64,000 nucleotides of DNA from Pristiophorus japonicus (lineage: Eukaryota), in NCBI RefSeq assembly GCF_044704955.1, contig NC_091995.1, positions 69,006,001 through 69,070,000 on the forward strand. Reading direction: 5' to 3'. Shown in pieces: positions 49,707 to 62,700 of this stretch. The stretch's first letter is position 1. Each line of letters opens with the position of its first letter. Both the position numbers and the translations under genes were made by a program. The notes under the pieces are model-generated. The model ran no database searches and had not been told where the DNA came from. It saw nothing but the letters and a program-made list of their open reading frames with translations.

Positions 49707-50265
49707 TGCCCCACGGCCCTCACTGGAACACAGGCAAGTGCCCCACAGCCCTCACTGAAACACTGGCGTGTGCCCCACAGCCCTCACTGGAACACTGGCG
49801 TGTGCCCCACAGCCCTCACTGGAACACAGGCGTGTGCCCCACAGCCCTCACTGGAACACAGGCGTGTGCCCCACGGCCCTCACTGGAACACAGGCGTGTG
49901 CCCCACGGCCCTCACTGGAACACAGGCATGTGCCCTACAGCCCTCATTGGAACACAGGCGTGTGCCCCACAGCCCTCACTGGAACACAGGCGTGTGCCCC
50001 ACGGCCCTCACTGGAACACAGGCGTGTGCCCCACAGCCCTCACTGGAACACAGGCGTGTGCCCCACGGCCCTCACTGGAACACAGGCGTGTGCCCTACAG
50101 CCCTCACTGGAACACAGGCGTGTGCCCCACGGCCCTCACTGAAACACTGGCGTGTGCCCTACAGCCCTCACTGGAACACAGGCGTGTGCCCCACAGCCCT
50201 CACTGGAACACAGGCGTGTGCCCCACGGCCCTCACTGGAACACAGGCGTGTGCCCCACGGCCCTC
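49707..50265. repeat. 32-bp minisatellite (gtgtgccccacagccctcactggaacacaggc), ~17 copies
   Basis: Direct reading; period 32. Confidence 0.96.
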
Positions 50266-50279
50266 TCCGGTGGGGTGGC

Positions 50280-50947
50280 AGGATTCAGGAAAGTGTAAAT
50301 TTAACACAATCTCGGGAAATGTCAAGGCAAAGTTTTGGGTAAAAATAAGCAGTGTGGGTCAGGAATAACAAAGGTAATAGGGCATCAGTGACTGAGGTGA
50401 CATCAGGGAAAAATAGTTGAAGTCAAAGCTAAAGGCACTATATCTGAATGTGTGAAGCATTCGCAACAAAATAGATGAATTAATAGCGCAGATAGAAATT
50501 AATAGGTTTGGTCAATAGCCATTGCGGAGACGTGGTTGCAAAGTGGCCAAGGTTGGGAACTAAATATTCCAGGATACTTAACTTTTAGAAGAGATAGGCA
50601 AAAAGGAAAAGGGGGAGAGGTAGCCCTGATAATAAAAGATGGGATAAACACAATAGAGAGAAAGCATTTAAAGAATTAATACAGAATTTACAACAAACAT
50701 ACTTTCCTTTAAGGCACAAAAACCCACAGGAAAAGTGGTCCAACCGTGGTTAACAAGAGAAGTTAAAGATAGTATTAGATCAAAGGAAGAGGCTTATAAT
50801 ATTGTCAAAAAGAGCAGTAAGCCTGAGGATTCGGAGGGTTTTAGAATTCAGCAAAGGAGGACCAAGAAATTGATTAAGAAAGGAAAATAGAATATTAGAG
50901 TAAACTAGCGAGATACATAAAAACAGACTGTAAAAGCTTTTATAGGT
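50280..50947 (+). mobile_element. Old CR1 ORF2 remnant (host; further pieces at ~53661-53690 and ~54975-55069)
   Basis: Endonuclease-start sequence like that of other copies, with internal deletions. Confidence 0.7.
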
Positions 50948-53660
50948 ATAAGAACATAAGAATTAGGAACAGAAGCAGGCCATCTAGTCCCTCGAGCCTG
51001 CTCCGCCATTCAACAAGGTCATGGCTGATCTGGCCGTGGACTCAGCTCCACTTACCCGCCCGCTCCCCATAACCCTTAATTCCCTTATTGGTTAAAAATC
51101 TATCTATCTGTGATTTGAATACATTCAATGAGCTAGCCTCAACTGCTTCCTTGGGCAGAGAATTCCACAGATTCACAACCCTCTGGGAGAAGCAATTCCT
51201 TCTCAACTCGGTTTTAAATTGGCTCCCCCGTATTTTGAGGCTGTGCCCCCTAGTTCTAGTCTCCCCTACCAGTGGAAACAACCTCTCTGCCTCTATCTTG
51301 TCTATCCCTTTCATTATTTTAAATGTTTCTATAAGATCACGCCTCATCCTTCTGAACTCCAAGGAGTAAAGACCCAGTCTACTCAATCTATCATCATAAG
51401 GTAACCCCCTCATCTCCGGAATCAGCCTAGTGAATCGTCTCTCTACACCCTCCAAAGCTAGTATATCCTTCCTTAAGTAAGGTGACCAAAACTGCACGCA
51501 GTATTCCAGATGCGGCCTCACCAATACCCTGTACAGTTGCAGCAGGACCTCCCTGCTTTTGTACTCCATCCCTCTCGCAATGAAGGCCAACATTCCCATT
51601 CGCCTTCCTGATTACCTGCTGCACCTGCAAACTAACTTTTTGGGATTCATGCACAAGGATCCCCAGGTCCCTCTGCACCGCAGCATGTTGTAATTTCTCC
51701 CCATTCAAATAATATTCCCTTTACTGTTTTTTTTTCCAAGGTGGATGACCTCACATTTTCCGACATTGCATTCCATCTGCCAAACCTTGGCCCATTCGCT
51801 TAACCTATCTAAATCTCTTTGCAGCCTCTCTGTGTCCTCTACACAACCCGCTTTCCCACTAATCTTTGTGTCATCTGCAAATTTTGTTACACTACACTCC
51901 GTCCCCTCTTACAGGCCATCTATGTATATTGCAAACAGTTGTGGTCCCAGCACCGATCCCTGTGGCACACCACTAACCACCGATTTCCAACCCGAAAAAG
52001 ACCCATTTATCCCGACTCTTTGCTTTCTGTTAGCCAGCCAATTCTCGATCCATGCTAATACATTTCCTCTGACTCCGCGTACCTTTATCTTCTACAGTAA
52101 CCTTTTGTGTGGCACCTTATGGAATGCCTTTTGGAAATCTAAATACACCACATCCATCGGTACACCTCTATCCACCATGCTCGTTATATCCTCAAAGAAT
52201 TCCAGTAAATTAGTTAAACATGATTTCCCCTTCATGAATCCATGTTGCGTCTTCGGCCTATAGTTACCTGCCTTTTGTCTGTCCCCTTTTTTAAACAGAG
52301 GCGTTACATTAGCTGCTTTCCAATCCGATGGTACCTCTCCAGAGTGCAGAGAATTTTGGTAGATTATAACGAATGCATCTGCTATAACTTCCGCCATCTC
52401 TTTTAATACCTTGGGATGCATTTCATTAGGACCAGGGGACTTGTCTACCTTGAGTCCCATTAGCCTGTCCAGCACTACCCCCCCTAGTGATAGTGATTAT
52501 CTCAAGGTCCTCCCTTTCCACACTCCCGTGACCAATAATTTTTGGCATGGTTTTTGTGTCTTCCACTGTGAAGACCGAAGCAAAATAATTGTTTAAGGTC
52601 TCAGCCATTTCCACATTTCCCATTATTAAATCCCCCTTCTCATCTTCTAAGGGACCAACTTTAGTCACTCTTTTCCGTTTTATATATCGGTAAAAGCTTT
52701 TTCTATCTTTTTATGTTTTGCGCAAGTTTACTTTCGTAATCTATCTTTCCTTTCTTTATTGCTTTCTTAGTCATTCTTTGCTGTCGTTTAAAATTTTCCA
52801 AGTCTGCTAGTTTCCCACTAACCTTGGCCACCTTATACGCATTGGTTTTTAATTTGATACTCTCCTTTATATCCTTGGTTATCCACGGCTGGTTATCCCT
52901 TCTCTTACCGCCCTTCTTTTTCACTGGAATATATGAAAGAGCTCCTTAAAAGTCCTCCACTGTTCCTCAATTGTGTCACTGTTTAGTATGTGTTCCCAGT
53001 CTATTTTAGCCAACTCTGCCCTCATCCCACTGTAGTCCCCTTTGTTTAAGCATGGTACGCTTGTTTGAGACACTACTTCCTCACCCTCAATCTGTATTAC
53101 AAATTCAACCAGACTGATCACTCATTCCGAGAGGATCTTTTTCTAGGAGATCGTTTATTATTCCTGTCTCATTACACAGGACCAGATCTAAGATAGCTTG
53201 CTCCCTTATAGGTTCTGTAACATACTGTTCTAAGAAACAATCCCGTATGCATTCTATGAATTCCTCCTCCAGGCTACTCCGTGCGATTTGATTTGACCAA
53301 TCGATATGTAGGTTAAAATCCCCCATGATTACTGCCGTTCCTTTTTCACATACCTCCATTATTCCCTTGATTATTGTCATGAAGTTATTATTTGGGGGCC
53401 TATAAACTACGCCCACCAGTGACTTTTTCCCCTTACTATCTCTAATCTCCACCCACAATGATTCAACATTTTGTTCATTAGAACCAATATCGTCTCTCAC
53501 AACTGCCCTGATATCATCCTTTATTAACAGAGCTACCCCACCTCCTTTCCCTTCTTGTCTATCTTTCCGAATTGTCAGATACCCCTGTATGTTTAATTCC
53601 CAGTCTTGGCCACCCTGCAACCACGTTTCAGTAATGGCCACCAAATCATACCCATTTGTA
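50948..53660 (-). mobile_element. CR1 ORF2 and 3' end, same subfamily as 34013-35752
   Basis: ORFs 51042..51599, 52092..52475 and 53105..53644. Confidence 0.92.
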
Positions 53661-53713
53661 ATGTAAAATGAAAAAGATTAGTGAAAGTACAGGCCGAGGC
53701 AGGAGAAATGATA

Positions 53714-54972
53714 AAGAACATAAGAAATAGGAGCAGGAGTAGGCCATACAGCCGCTCGAGCCTGCTCCGCCAAATAAGATCATGGCTGATCCGATCATGG
53801 ACTCAGCTCCACTTCCCTGCCCGCTCCCCATAACCCCTTATTCCCTTATCATTTAAGAAACTGTCTATCTCGTCTTAAATTTATTCAATGTCCCAGCTTC
53901 CACAGCTCTCTGAGGCAGTGAATTCCACAGATTTACAACCCTCAGAGAAGAAATTCCTCCTCATCTCTGTTTTAAATGGGCGGCCCCTTATTGTAAGATT
54001 ATGCCCTCCAGTTCTAGTCTCCCCCATCAGTGGAAACATTCTCTCTGCACCCACCCACCTTGTCAAGCCCCCTCATAATCTTATATGTTTCGATAAGATC
54101 ACCTCTCATTCTTCTGAATTCCAATCAGTAGAGGGCCAACCTACTCAACCTTTCCTCATCCCCAGAATCAACCTAGTGAACCTTCTCTGAACTGCCTCCA
54201 AAGCAAGTATATCCTTTCGGAAATATGGAAACCAAAACTGCACGCAATATTCGAGGTGTGGCCTCACCAATAACCTGTATAACTGTAGCAAGACTTCCCT
54301 GCTTTTATACTCCATCCCCTTTGCAATAAAGGCCAAGATTCCATCCTGATCACTTTCTGTACCTGCATACTATCCTTTTGCGTTTCATGCACAAATACCC
54401 CCAGGTCTCGCTGTACTGTGGCACTTTGCAATCTTTCTCCATTGAAATAATAACTTGCTCTTTGATTTTTTTTTTCTGCCAAATTGCATGACCTCACGCT
54501 TTCCAACATTATACTCTATCTGCCAAATTTTTGCCCACTCACTTAGCCTGCCTATGTCCTTTTGCAGATTTTTTCGTGTCCTCACACTTTGCTTTTCCTC
54601 CCATCTTTGTATCATCAGCAAACTTGGCTATGTTACACTCAGTCCCTTCTGCCAAGTCGTTACGATAGATTGTAAATAGTTGGGATCCCAGCACTGATCC
54701 CCACGGCACCCGACGAGTTACTGATTGCCAACCGGAGAGTGAACCATTTATCCCGACTCTCTGTTTTCTGTTAGTTAGCCAATCCTCTATCCATGCTAAT
54801 ATATTACCCCCAACCCCGTGAACTTTGATCTTGTGCAGTAACCTTTTATGTGTCACCTTGTGAAATGCCTTCTGGAAGTCCAAATACACCACATCCATTG
54901 GTTCCCCTTTATCCACCCTGTTCTTTACATCCTCAAAGAATTCCAGCAAATTTGTCAAACATGATTTCCCCT
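53714..54972 (-). mobile_element. CR1 RT and 3' end
   Basis: ORF 54539..54958 and tail aagaacataagaaatagg. Confidence 0.9.
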
Positions 54973-55354
54973 AAAGGGGAATAAGGAAATGGCAGAGAAA
55001 TTAAACCAATACTCTGTCTGTCTTCACGGAAGTAGACACGGAAAACCTCCTGAAATAATGGAGTACCAAGGACTGGATTGTTGAGTGATTTGCAACGGGT
55101 TTTCGCCGCGTTTTGACCCTCCGCTGTTCGCCCGGTCGCGATCCTCGGGTCGGTTTTTGTGGCGGCACTTAAACACCACCGGGGAGAGCTGTGCCCAGGT
55201 GTAGCAGCTCGCATTGTGATACCGCTGGAGTTTTCAGTCTCACCCGACCCGTACGCCGTGAAATGCGCCCCGCGATGATCGCCAAGGAAAACCTTGCCGG
55301 CAGCGGTGAGCTGGACAAACGGAAAAAAGGGTAAGTTAAAGTTTTTATTTTATA

Positions 55355-55995
55355 AGGGGCCACCCATTTAAAACTGAGATGAGGAGAAATTTCTTCTCTG
55401 AGGGTTGTAAATCTGTGGAATTCGCTGCCTCAGAGAGCTGTGGAGGCTGGGTCATTGATTATATTTAAGGTGGAGATAGACAGATGTTTGAGCGATAAGG
55501 GAGTGAAGGGTTATGGGGAGCGGGCAGGGAAGTGGAGCTGAGTCCATGATCAGATCAGCCATGATCTTGAATGGCGGAGCAGGCTCGAGGGGCCACATGG
55601 CCGACTCCTGCTCCTGTTTATGTTGTTATGAAACATACAAAATTCCTACAGGGCTTGACGGTAGATGCAGGGAGGATGTTTCCCCCCCGGGCTGGGGAGT
55701 CTAGAACCAGGGGTCAGTCTCAGAATAAGGGGTTGGCCATTTAGGACTGAGATGAGGAGGAACTTCTTCACTCAGAGGGTGGTGAATCTTTGGAATTCTC
55801 TACCCCAGAGGGCTGTGGAGGCTCTGAGTTTATTCAAGACAGAGATCGATAGATTTTTGGATATTAAGGGAATCACGGGATATGGGGACAGTGCAGGAAA
55901 GTGTAGTTGAGGTCGATGATCAGCCATGATTTCATTGAATGGTGGAGCAGGCTCGAGGGGCCGAATGGCGAACTCCCGCTCCTAATTCTTATGTG
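55355..55995 (+). mobile_element. Two tandem CR1 3' fragments
   Basis: Two successive FKTEMRRNFF regions and 3' UTR ends. Confidence 0.85.
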
Positions 55996-56295
55996 CCTCG
56001 CGCCCCCCTCCGGAGAGACCCGCTCCGTGTTCCCCCCCCCATTGTGACCCTCCGATAGACCCCTCGCTGCGACACCCCCACTCCGTGTCACTGTGATATT
56101 CAGCCCTTTCCTCAGTCTGGCCCTTCCTGTGGTGCACCGTTTGCTGTAACCCCCCTGTAACATGTGAGATGTCGGTCTGTTCCTGGGTAAGGGGGGAGCT
56201 GGGTTCTTCGACAGGGATATTAATCTCCAGAGAGCGCGTGAACTTCAGACTGATTGTGTGTTAGTTTTGACTTATATTGAATTGTGCCCTGAAAG

Positions 56296-56382
56296 GTAAC
56301 AAGATTCCTGGAGCAGGAGGTTCAGCCGATGCTGGTGCCTTATGCGAGTCAGCTGGAAGTGAAGGTTGAGCTGTTGCTGTGA
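56296..56382 (+). CDS. ADSL: ADSL exon 13, coding part (VTRFLEQEVQPMLVPYASQLEVKVELLL*)
   Basis: Resembles the vertebrate ADSL C-terminus; phase 0; acceptor ccctgaaag|; TGA at 56380-56382. Confidence 0.9.
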   Translation, partial: VTRFLEQEVQPMLVPYASQLEVKVELLL

Positions 56383-56966
56383 GAATCTCTGAGCCACAGA
56401 GCGCTCGATTCGGAACCCTCACACCGGGTTCAAGCATGTCCCAGACTGCCGCGTGGAGCAGAGTGCCTGTGTGATTTGTGCTTTTATTAGGAGGAACTGA
56501 CTCGTCTGTTTGACTGGAAACAGTTGATCATTAACTGTCTACAGCAGGGTTTTGATAAATAAGAGGGACATGTTCGTCGGGTCCACTGAATCCTGCAACA
56601 TCTCTGCAGCTGCAGACAATCAGCAGCTGCCAGGAAGCCTGTGTCAGCTCCGTGTGAACCCCATGAGGCTATAGTCCACGTTCATGTGGAAATGTGATTA
56701 ACGAAACTTCCCAATACAAACAACATTCCCACCCCCCAACATTCAAAATTATGGAACAGCCCAACATAGGGTGTCACACCCAGAAACAGTCTGCATCACA
56801 TGACCTGTGTTGCCCTGTGTTACACTTCAGACACCATGTCATGAAATCCTTTTATTGTTTCAATTGTGAGTTAATCCGACAACACTGCCCATGACTGTGG
56901 GGTCGAGTTTTTCACTCCAGCGGGGGTTCAATGCCGCTCTCATCCTGAAAAATTGCTTGTGTTTTG

Positions 56967-56972
56967 AATAAA
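56967..56972 (+). terminator. Candidate ADSL polyadenylation signal
   Basis: AATAAA followed by T/GT-rich sequence, ~585 nt after the stop. Confidence 0.6.
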
Positions 56973-57179
56973 GATATTTTGGATTTTGATTTTCAGAATG
57001 GCTTTTCTTTTGATGTGTTTAACATTGTTCATCCAACGAGTTTTTTCATTAACAGGAAAGGTTAAATCACTCGGGCTTCTCTTGTTAGATCCACCTGTAA
57101 ACTCACCCCGTAAATCCACCCACTCAAACTCACATATGCTCTTCCCTCGCAATGACTTGATGACAATATTGGGATGGGG

Positions 57180-57700
57180 ACTGATATATGGCCCAGGAAC
57201 AGGCCATTCGGCCCAACCAGTCCATGCCGGAGTTTATGTTCCACTCGAGTCTCCTCCCGTCTTTCCGCATCTAAATCTATCAGCATACCCCTCCATTCCC
57301 TTCTCCCTTATATGCTTGAGTAGCCTCCCCCAAAATGCATCGATACTATTCGCCTCAGCCACTCCGTGGCAGAGAGTTCCACATTCTCACCGCTCTCTGG
57401 GTAAAGACGTTTCTCCTGAATTCCCCATTGGCTTTCTTGTTGATGATCTTATATTGATGGCCTCTAGTTTTGCTCTTCCCCACAAGTGGAAACACTCTCT
57501 GTATCCACTCTATCAAAACTTTTCATAATTTTATAGACCTCAATTAGGTCACCGAAAAAAGAGACCCAGCCTGTTCATCCTTTCCTGATATGTACACCCT
57601 CGCATTTCTGGTATCATTCTTGTTAATCTTCTCTGCACCCTCTCTCGTGCTTCTATATCCTTTTTATAATCTGCCGACCAGAACTCTATGCAGTACTCCG
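57180..57700 (-). mobile_element. Old CR1 3' fragment
   Basis: ggccattcggcccaaccag 3' UTR and agagttccacattctcac (WNSL region). Confidence 0.75.
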
Positions 57701-58237
57701 GGCAAGGGACCCAACCTGTCGATGGCCGTCGAGAGCGCGGGCGGGAAATTGATGAAAAATAATTTAAAGGTGGGAGGGCAGCAAACGAGCGACGTACACC
57801 GTCACATTGGGTGGGAGCGGGCAGCAGCTCCCAATCGCGGCAGGAAAGGCTCTCGCCGCAGAGGATGGGGTCGGGCCCACGGAGGGTCGAAGATGTTCAA
57901 ATAAAAATGATTGGAGAGAAAAAATGATGCAGAAGACGTTGAGGGGAACACAGTAAGGTAAGTCGTTGTGGGAAAAAATTCATGTCCACTAACCACCTTC
58001 AGTTTTTTAAACTTACCTTGGGGGTTCGATCAGCCTCATCGGGGCGCTCCTTCCCATGCTGGAGCCGACTCCCGCCTGCTCCCATCTGGCATCGCGGGCG
58101 GGCGCTTCCTGGCCGTTCTCTCTTCCCCCTCTCCTGCCCGCTCCACACCAAGTGCAACCCCGAGAGGAATGTCGGCGGTAAGGCCATCACTTTCGGCCCC
58201 TTGAACTGTGTTCTCCATTGGGGTTTCATTCTGATTG

Positions 58238-58630
58238 GGATTGGTCGGAATGAAATGGGATGCGGATTAGGGTCGGCGGGCGTGGGATCAGGATTGGGTT
58301 GGGAATGGGATTAGGCTGGGATCAGGATTGGGTTGGGAATGGGAATAGGCTGGGATTGGGGCGGGTGTGGGATTAGGCTGGGATTGGGGCGGGTGTGGGA
58401 TCAGGATTGGGTTGGGAATGGGATTAGGCTGGGAATGGGGCGGGCGTGGGATCAGGGTTGGGAATGGGGCGGGTGTGGGATCAGGATTGGATTGGGGCGG
58501 GCGTGGGATGGGGATTGGGTTGGGAATGGGATTAGGATTGGATTGGGAATGGGATTAGGTTGGGGTTGGGGCAGGTGTGGGATCAGGATTGGGTTGGGAA
58601 TGGGATTGGGGCGGGTGTGGGATGGGGATT
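58238..58630. repeat. G-rich low-complexity array (gggatt, gggttggg, gggaat)
   Basis: Direct reading. Confidence 0.9.
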
Positions 58631-58994
58631 ACTGGTGGAGGGCGTCACGAACGCAGTCCCGTCCCAGCAAGATAACCCCGCCCCACTGATTCAAGCCGGC
58701 GATGCCTGCACTAAAGATGGCGGCCATTGTGCTCAGGTATCCAAGGCGCATGTGTGGGCACCGGGTTATTTCCGGTTACGGATCAGTTGAATCATTATTT
58801 TGCGTGTGAATTCAGTTCCGGGTTAGTGAGCCGGAACAGGATGTGAGCAAACAGCAACATTGGTGACGTCATTCACAACAGAAACATCCGGAACAACATC
58901 GGGAAAAGGTAAAAAACCGGGATCTGAGGGGAGAGATATCGGGATCCTGTCCTTGTATCGGGATCCTGTCCTTGTATCGGGATCCTGTCCTTGT

Positions 58995-59493
58995 CATCAC
59001 AGGCAGTCCCTCGGAGTCGAGGATAACTTGCTTCCACACTAGAAATGAGTTCCCAGGTGTCTGAAGAGTCCAATGTGGGATTTACGGTCTCTGTCGCAGG
59101 TGGGGCAGACGGTGGGGAGTCTGGTTTGCCGCTCGCTTCTTCCGCTGTCGACACTTGGCTTCAGCTCGCTCTCAGCGAAGAGACTCCCGGGCACTTTTTC
59201 TCCACTTTGGGCGGGCTTTGTTCAGGGACTCCCAGGTGTCGGTGGGGATGTTGAATTTTATCAGGGAGGCTTTGTGGGTGTCCTTGAAATGTTTCCTCTG
59301 CCCACCTGGGGCTCGCTTGCCGTGTAGGAGTGAGGGTTAGAGCGTTTGCTTTGAGAGCCTCGTGCCGGGCATGCGGACGATGTGGCCCGCGCAGCGGAGC
59401 TGGTCACGTGTGGTCAGTGCTTTGCTGCGGGGGATGTTGGCCTCAGCAAGAATGCTGATGTTGGTGCGCCTGTCCTGCCAATGGATTTGCAGG
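58995..59493 (-). mobile_element. RTE-clade LINE 3' fragment
   Basis: Minus strand LQIHWQDRRTNISIL..QLRCAGHIVRM..RAPGGQRKHFKD..DTWESL. Confidence 0.8.
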
Positions 59494-59753
59494 TGCACTC
59501 AAAGATCCTGCTAAGAATGCCCTATTCGGCCAGCGCCTCGCTACCAACCTGACGACTCCTAGTGACCCAAAGTGTCCACAGCGCCTGGTCTTTCCTCAAG
59601 ACTTCCATAATCATCACCTGCGAAGAGACACTCAGTCACTCGACTAGGAAACAGCTGTCCCTGTATCAGGATCCTGTATCTATGGGATCCTCTCCCTATA
59701 TTGGGATCCTGTCCCTGTATTGGGATTGTAAGTGGTTTTGCCTGTGGTGGTTT

Positions 59754-62700
59754 CATAAGAACATAAGAAATAGGAGCAGGAGTAGGCCATACGGCCTCTC
59801 AAGCCTGCTCCACCATTTAATACGATCATGGCTGATCTGATCATGGACTCAGGTCCACCTCCCTGCCCACTCCCCATAACACCTTATCCCCTTATCATTT
59901 AAGAAACTGTCTATTTCTGTCAAATTTATTCAATGTCCCAGCTTCCACAGCTCTCTGAGGCAGTGAATTCCACAGATCCACAACCCTCGGAGAAGAAATT
60001 TCTCCTCATCTCAGTTTTAAATGGGCGGCCCCTTATTCTAAGATCATGCCCCCTAGTTCTAGTCTCCCCTATCAGTGGAAACATCCTCTCTGCATCCACC
60101 TTGTCAAGCCCCCTCATAATCTTATACATTTCGATAAGATCATCTCTCATTCTTCTGAATTCCAATGAATAGAGGCCCAATCTACTCAACCTTTCCTCAT
60201 AAGTCAACCCCCTCATCCCCGGAATCAATCTAATGAACCTTCTCTGAACTGCCTCCAAAGCAAGTATATCCTTTTGTAAATATGGAAACCAAAACTGCAC
60301 GCAGTATTCCAGGTGTGGCCTCACCAATACCCTGTATAACTAGCAAGACTTCCCTGCTTTTATACTCCATCCCCTTTGCAATAAAGGCTAAGATTCCATT
60401 GGCTTTCCTGATCACTTTCTGTACCTGCATATTATCCTTTTGTGTTTCATGCACAAGTACCCCCAGGTCCCGCTGTACTGAGGCACTTTGCAATCTTTCT
60501 CCATTTAAATAATAACTTGCTCTTTGATTTTTTTACTGCCGAAGTGCATGAACTCACACTTTCCAACATTATACTCTATCTGCCAAATTTTTGCCCACTC
60601 ACTTAGCCTGCCTATGTTCTTTTGCAGATTTTTTTGTGTCCTCACACATTGCTTTTCCTCCCATCTTTGTATCGTCAGTAAACTTGGCTATGTTACACTC
60701 AGTCCCTTCTTCCAAGTCTTTAATATAGATTATAAATAGCTGGGATCCCAGCACTGATCCCTGCGGCACCCCACTAGTTACTGATTGCTAACCCGAGCAG
60801 GCAGGGATTTGAGTACAGGGGCAGGGAGGTGTTGCTACAGTTGTACAGGGCATTGGTGAGGCCGCACCTGGAGTATTGTGTACAGTTTTGGTCTCCTAAC
60901 CTGAGGAAGGACGTTCTTGCTATTGAGGGAGTGCAGCGAAGGTTCACCAGACTGATTCCCGGGATGGCGGGACTGACCTATCAAGAAAGACTGGATCAAC
61001 TGGGCTTGTATTCACTGGAGTTCAGAAGAATGAGAGGGGACCTCATAGAAACATTTAAAATTCTGACGGGGTTGGACAGGTTAGATGCAGGAGGAATGTT
61101 CCCAGTGTTGGGGAAGTCCAGAACCAGAGGTCACAGTCTAAGGATAAGGGGTAAGCCATTTAGGACCGAGATGCGGAGGAACTTCTTCACCCAGAGAGTG
61201 GTAAACCTGTGGAATTCTCTACCACAGAAAGTTGTTGAGGCCAATTCACTAAATATATTCAAAAAGGAGTTAGATGAGGTCCTTACTACTAGGGGGATCA
61301 AGGGGTATGGCGAGAAAGCAGGAATGGGGTACTGAAGTTGAATGTTCAGCCATGAACTCATTGAATGGCGGTGCAGGCTAGAAGGGCCGAATGGCCTACT
61401 CCTGCACCTATTTTCTATGTTTCTATGTTTCTATGAATCATTTATCCCGACTCTGTTTTCTGTTAGTTATCCAATCCTCTATCCATGCCAATATATTACC
61501 CCCAGCCCCGTGAATTTTTATCTTGTGCAGTAACCTTTTATGTGGCACCTTGTCAAATGCCTTCTGGAAATCCAAATACACCACATCCACTGGTGCCCCT
61601 TTATCCACCCTGTTTGTTACATCCTCAAAGAATTCCAGCAAATTTGTCAAACATGATTTCCCCTTTATAAATCCATGCTGACTCTGCCTGATCGAATTTT
61701 ACTTTTCCAAATGTCCTGCTACTGCTTCTTCAATAATGGACTCCAACATTTTCCCAACCACAAATGTTAGGCTAACTGGTCTATAGTTTCCTGCTTTTTG
61801 TCTTCCTCCTTTTTTAAATAGGGGCGTTACATTTGCAGTTTTCCAATCTGCTGGGACCTCCCCAGAGTCCAGGGAATTTTAGTAAATTACAACCAATCCG
61901 TGCCGCTACTTCTCTTAAGACCCGAGGATGCAATCACCTCCATAGTGATTGTAATTGTGTTAAGTTCCTCCCCCCGCTATAGTTCCTTGACTATCCGCTG
62001 TTGGGATATTGTTAATGTCCTCCACCGTAAAGACTGATACAAAATATTTGTTCAGAGTTTCTGCCATCTCCATGTTCCCCATCACTAATTCCCCGGTCTC
62101 GTCCTCTGAGGGACCAACATTTACTTTAGCCATTCTTTTCCTTTTTATATACCTATAGAAACTCTTGCTATCTGTTTTTATATTTCGTGCTAGTTTATTT
62201 TCATAGTCTGTCTTCCCTTCCTTAATCATTTTTTAGTCATTCATTGCTGGCTTTTAAAAGCTTCCCAATCTTCTGTCCTCCCACTAGTTTTGGTCACTTT
62301 GTATGCCCTTGTTTTTAATTAGATGCCGTCCTTTATTTCTTTAGTTAGCCACGGATGGCTATCTTTTCTTTTACACCCTTTTCTCCTCACTGGAATATAT
62401 TTTTGAGAGTTGTGAAATATCTCCTTAAATGTACACCAAATGTTCATCAACCGCCCTACACTTTAATCTATTTTCCCAGTCCATTGTAGCCAACTCTGCC
62501 CTCATACCTTCATAGTCTCCTTTATTTAAGCTTAGTACGCTGGTTTGCGATCCAACTTTCTCACCCTCCATCTGAATTTGAAATTCAACCATGCAATGAT
62601 CACTCATTCCAAGGGGATCCTTTACTAGGGGATTGTTTATTAATCCCGTCTCATTACACAGGACCAGATCTAAGATAGCCTGCCCCCTGGTTGGTTCCGT

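Noticed and set aside
58238-58630. Interstitial telomeric repeat
   Set aside because: Very few true TTAGGG units; mostly gggatt and gggaat variants
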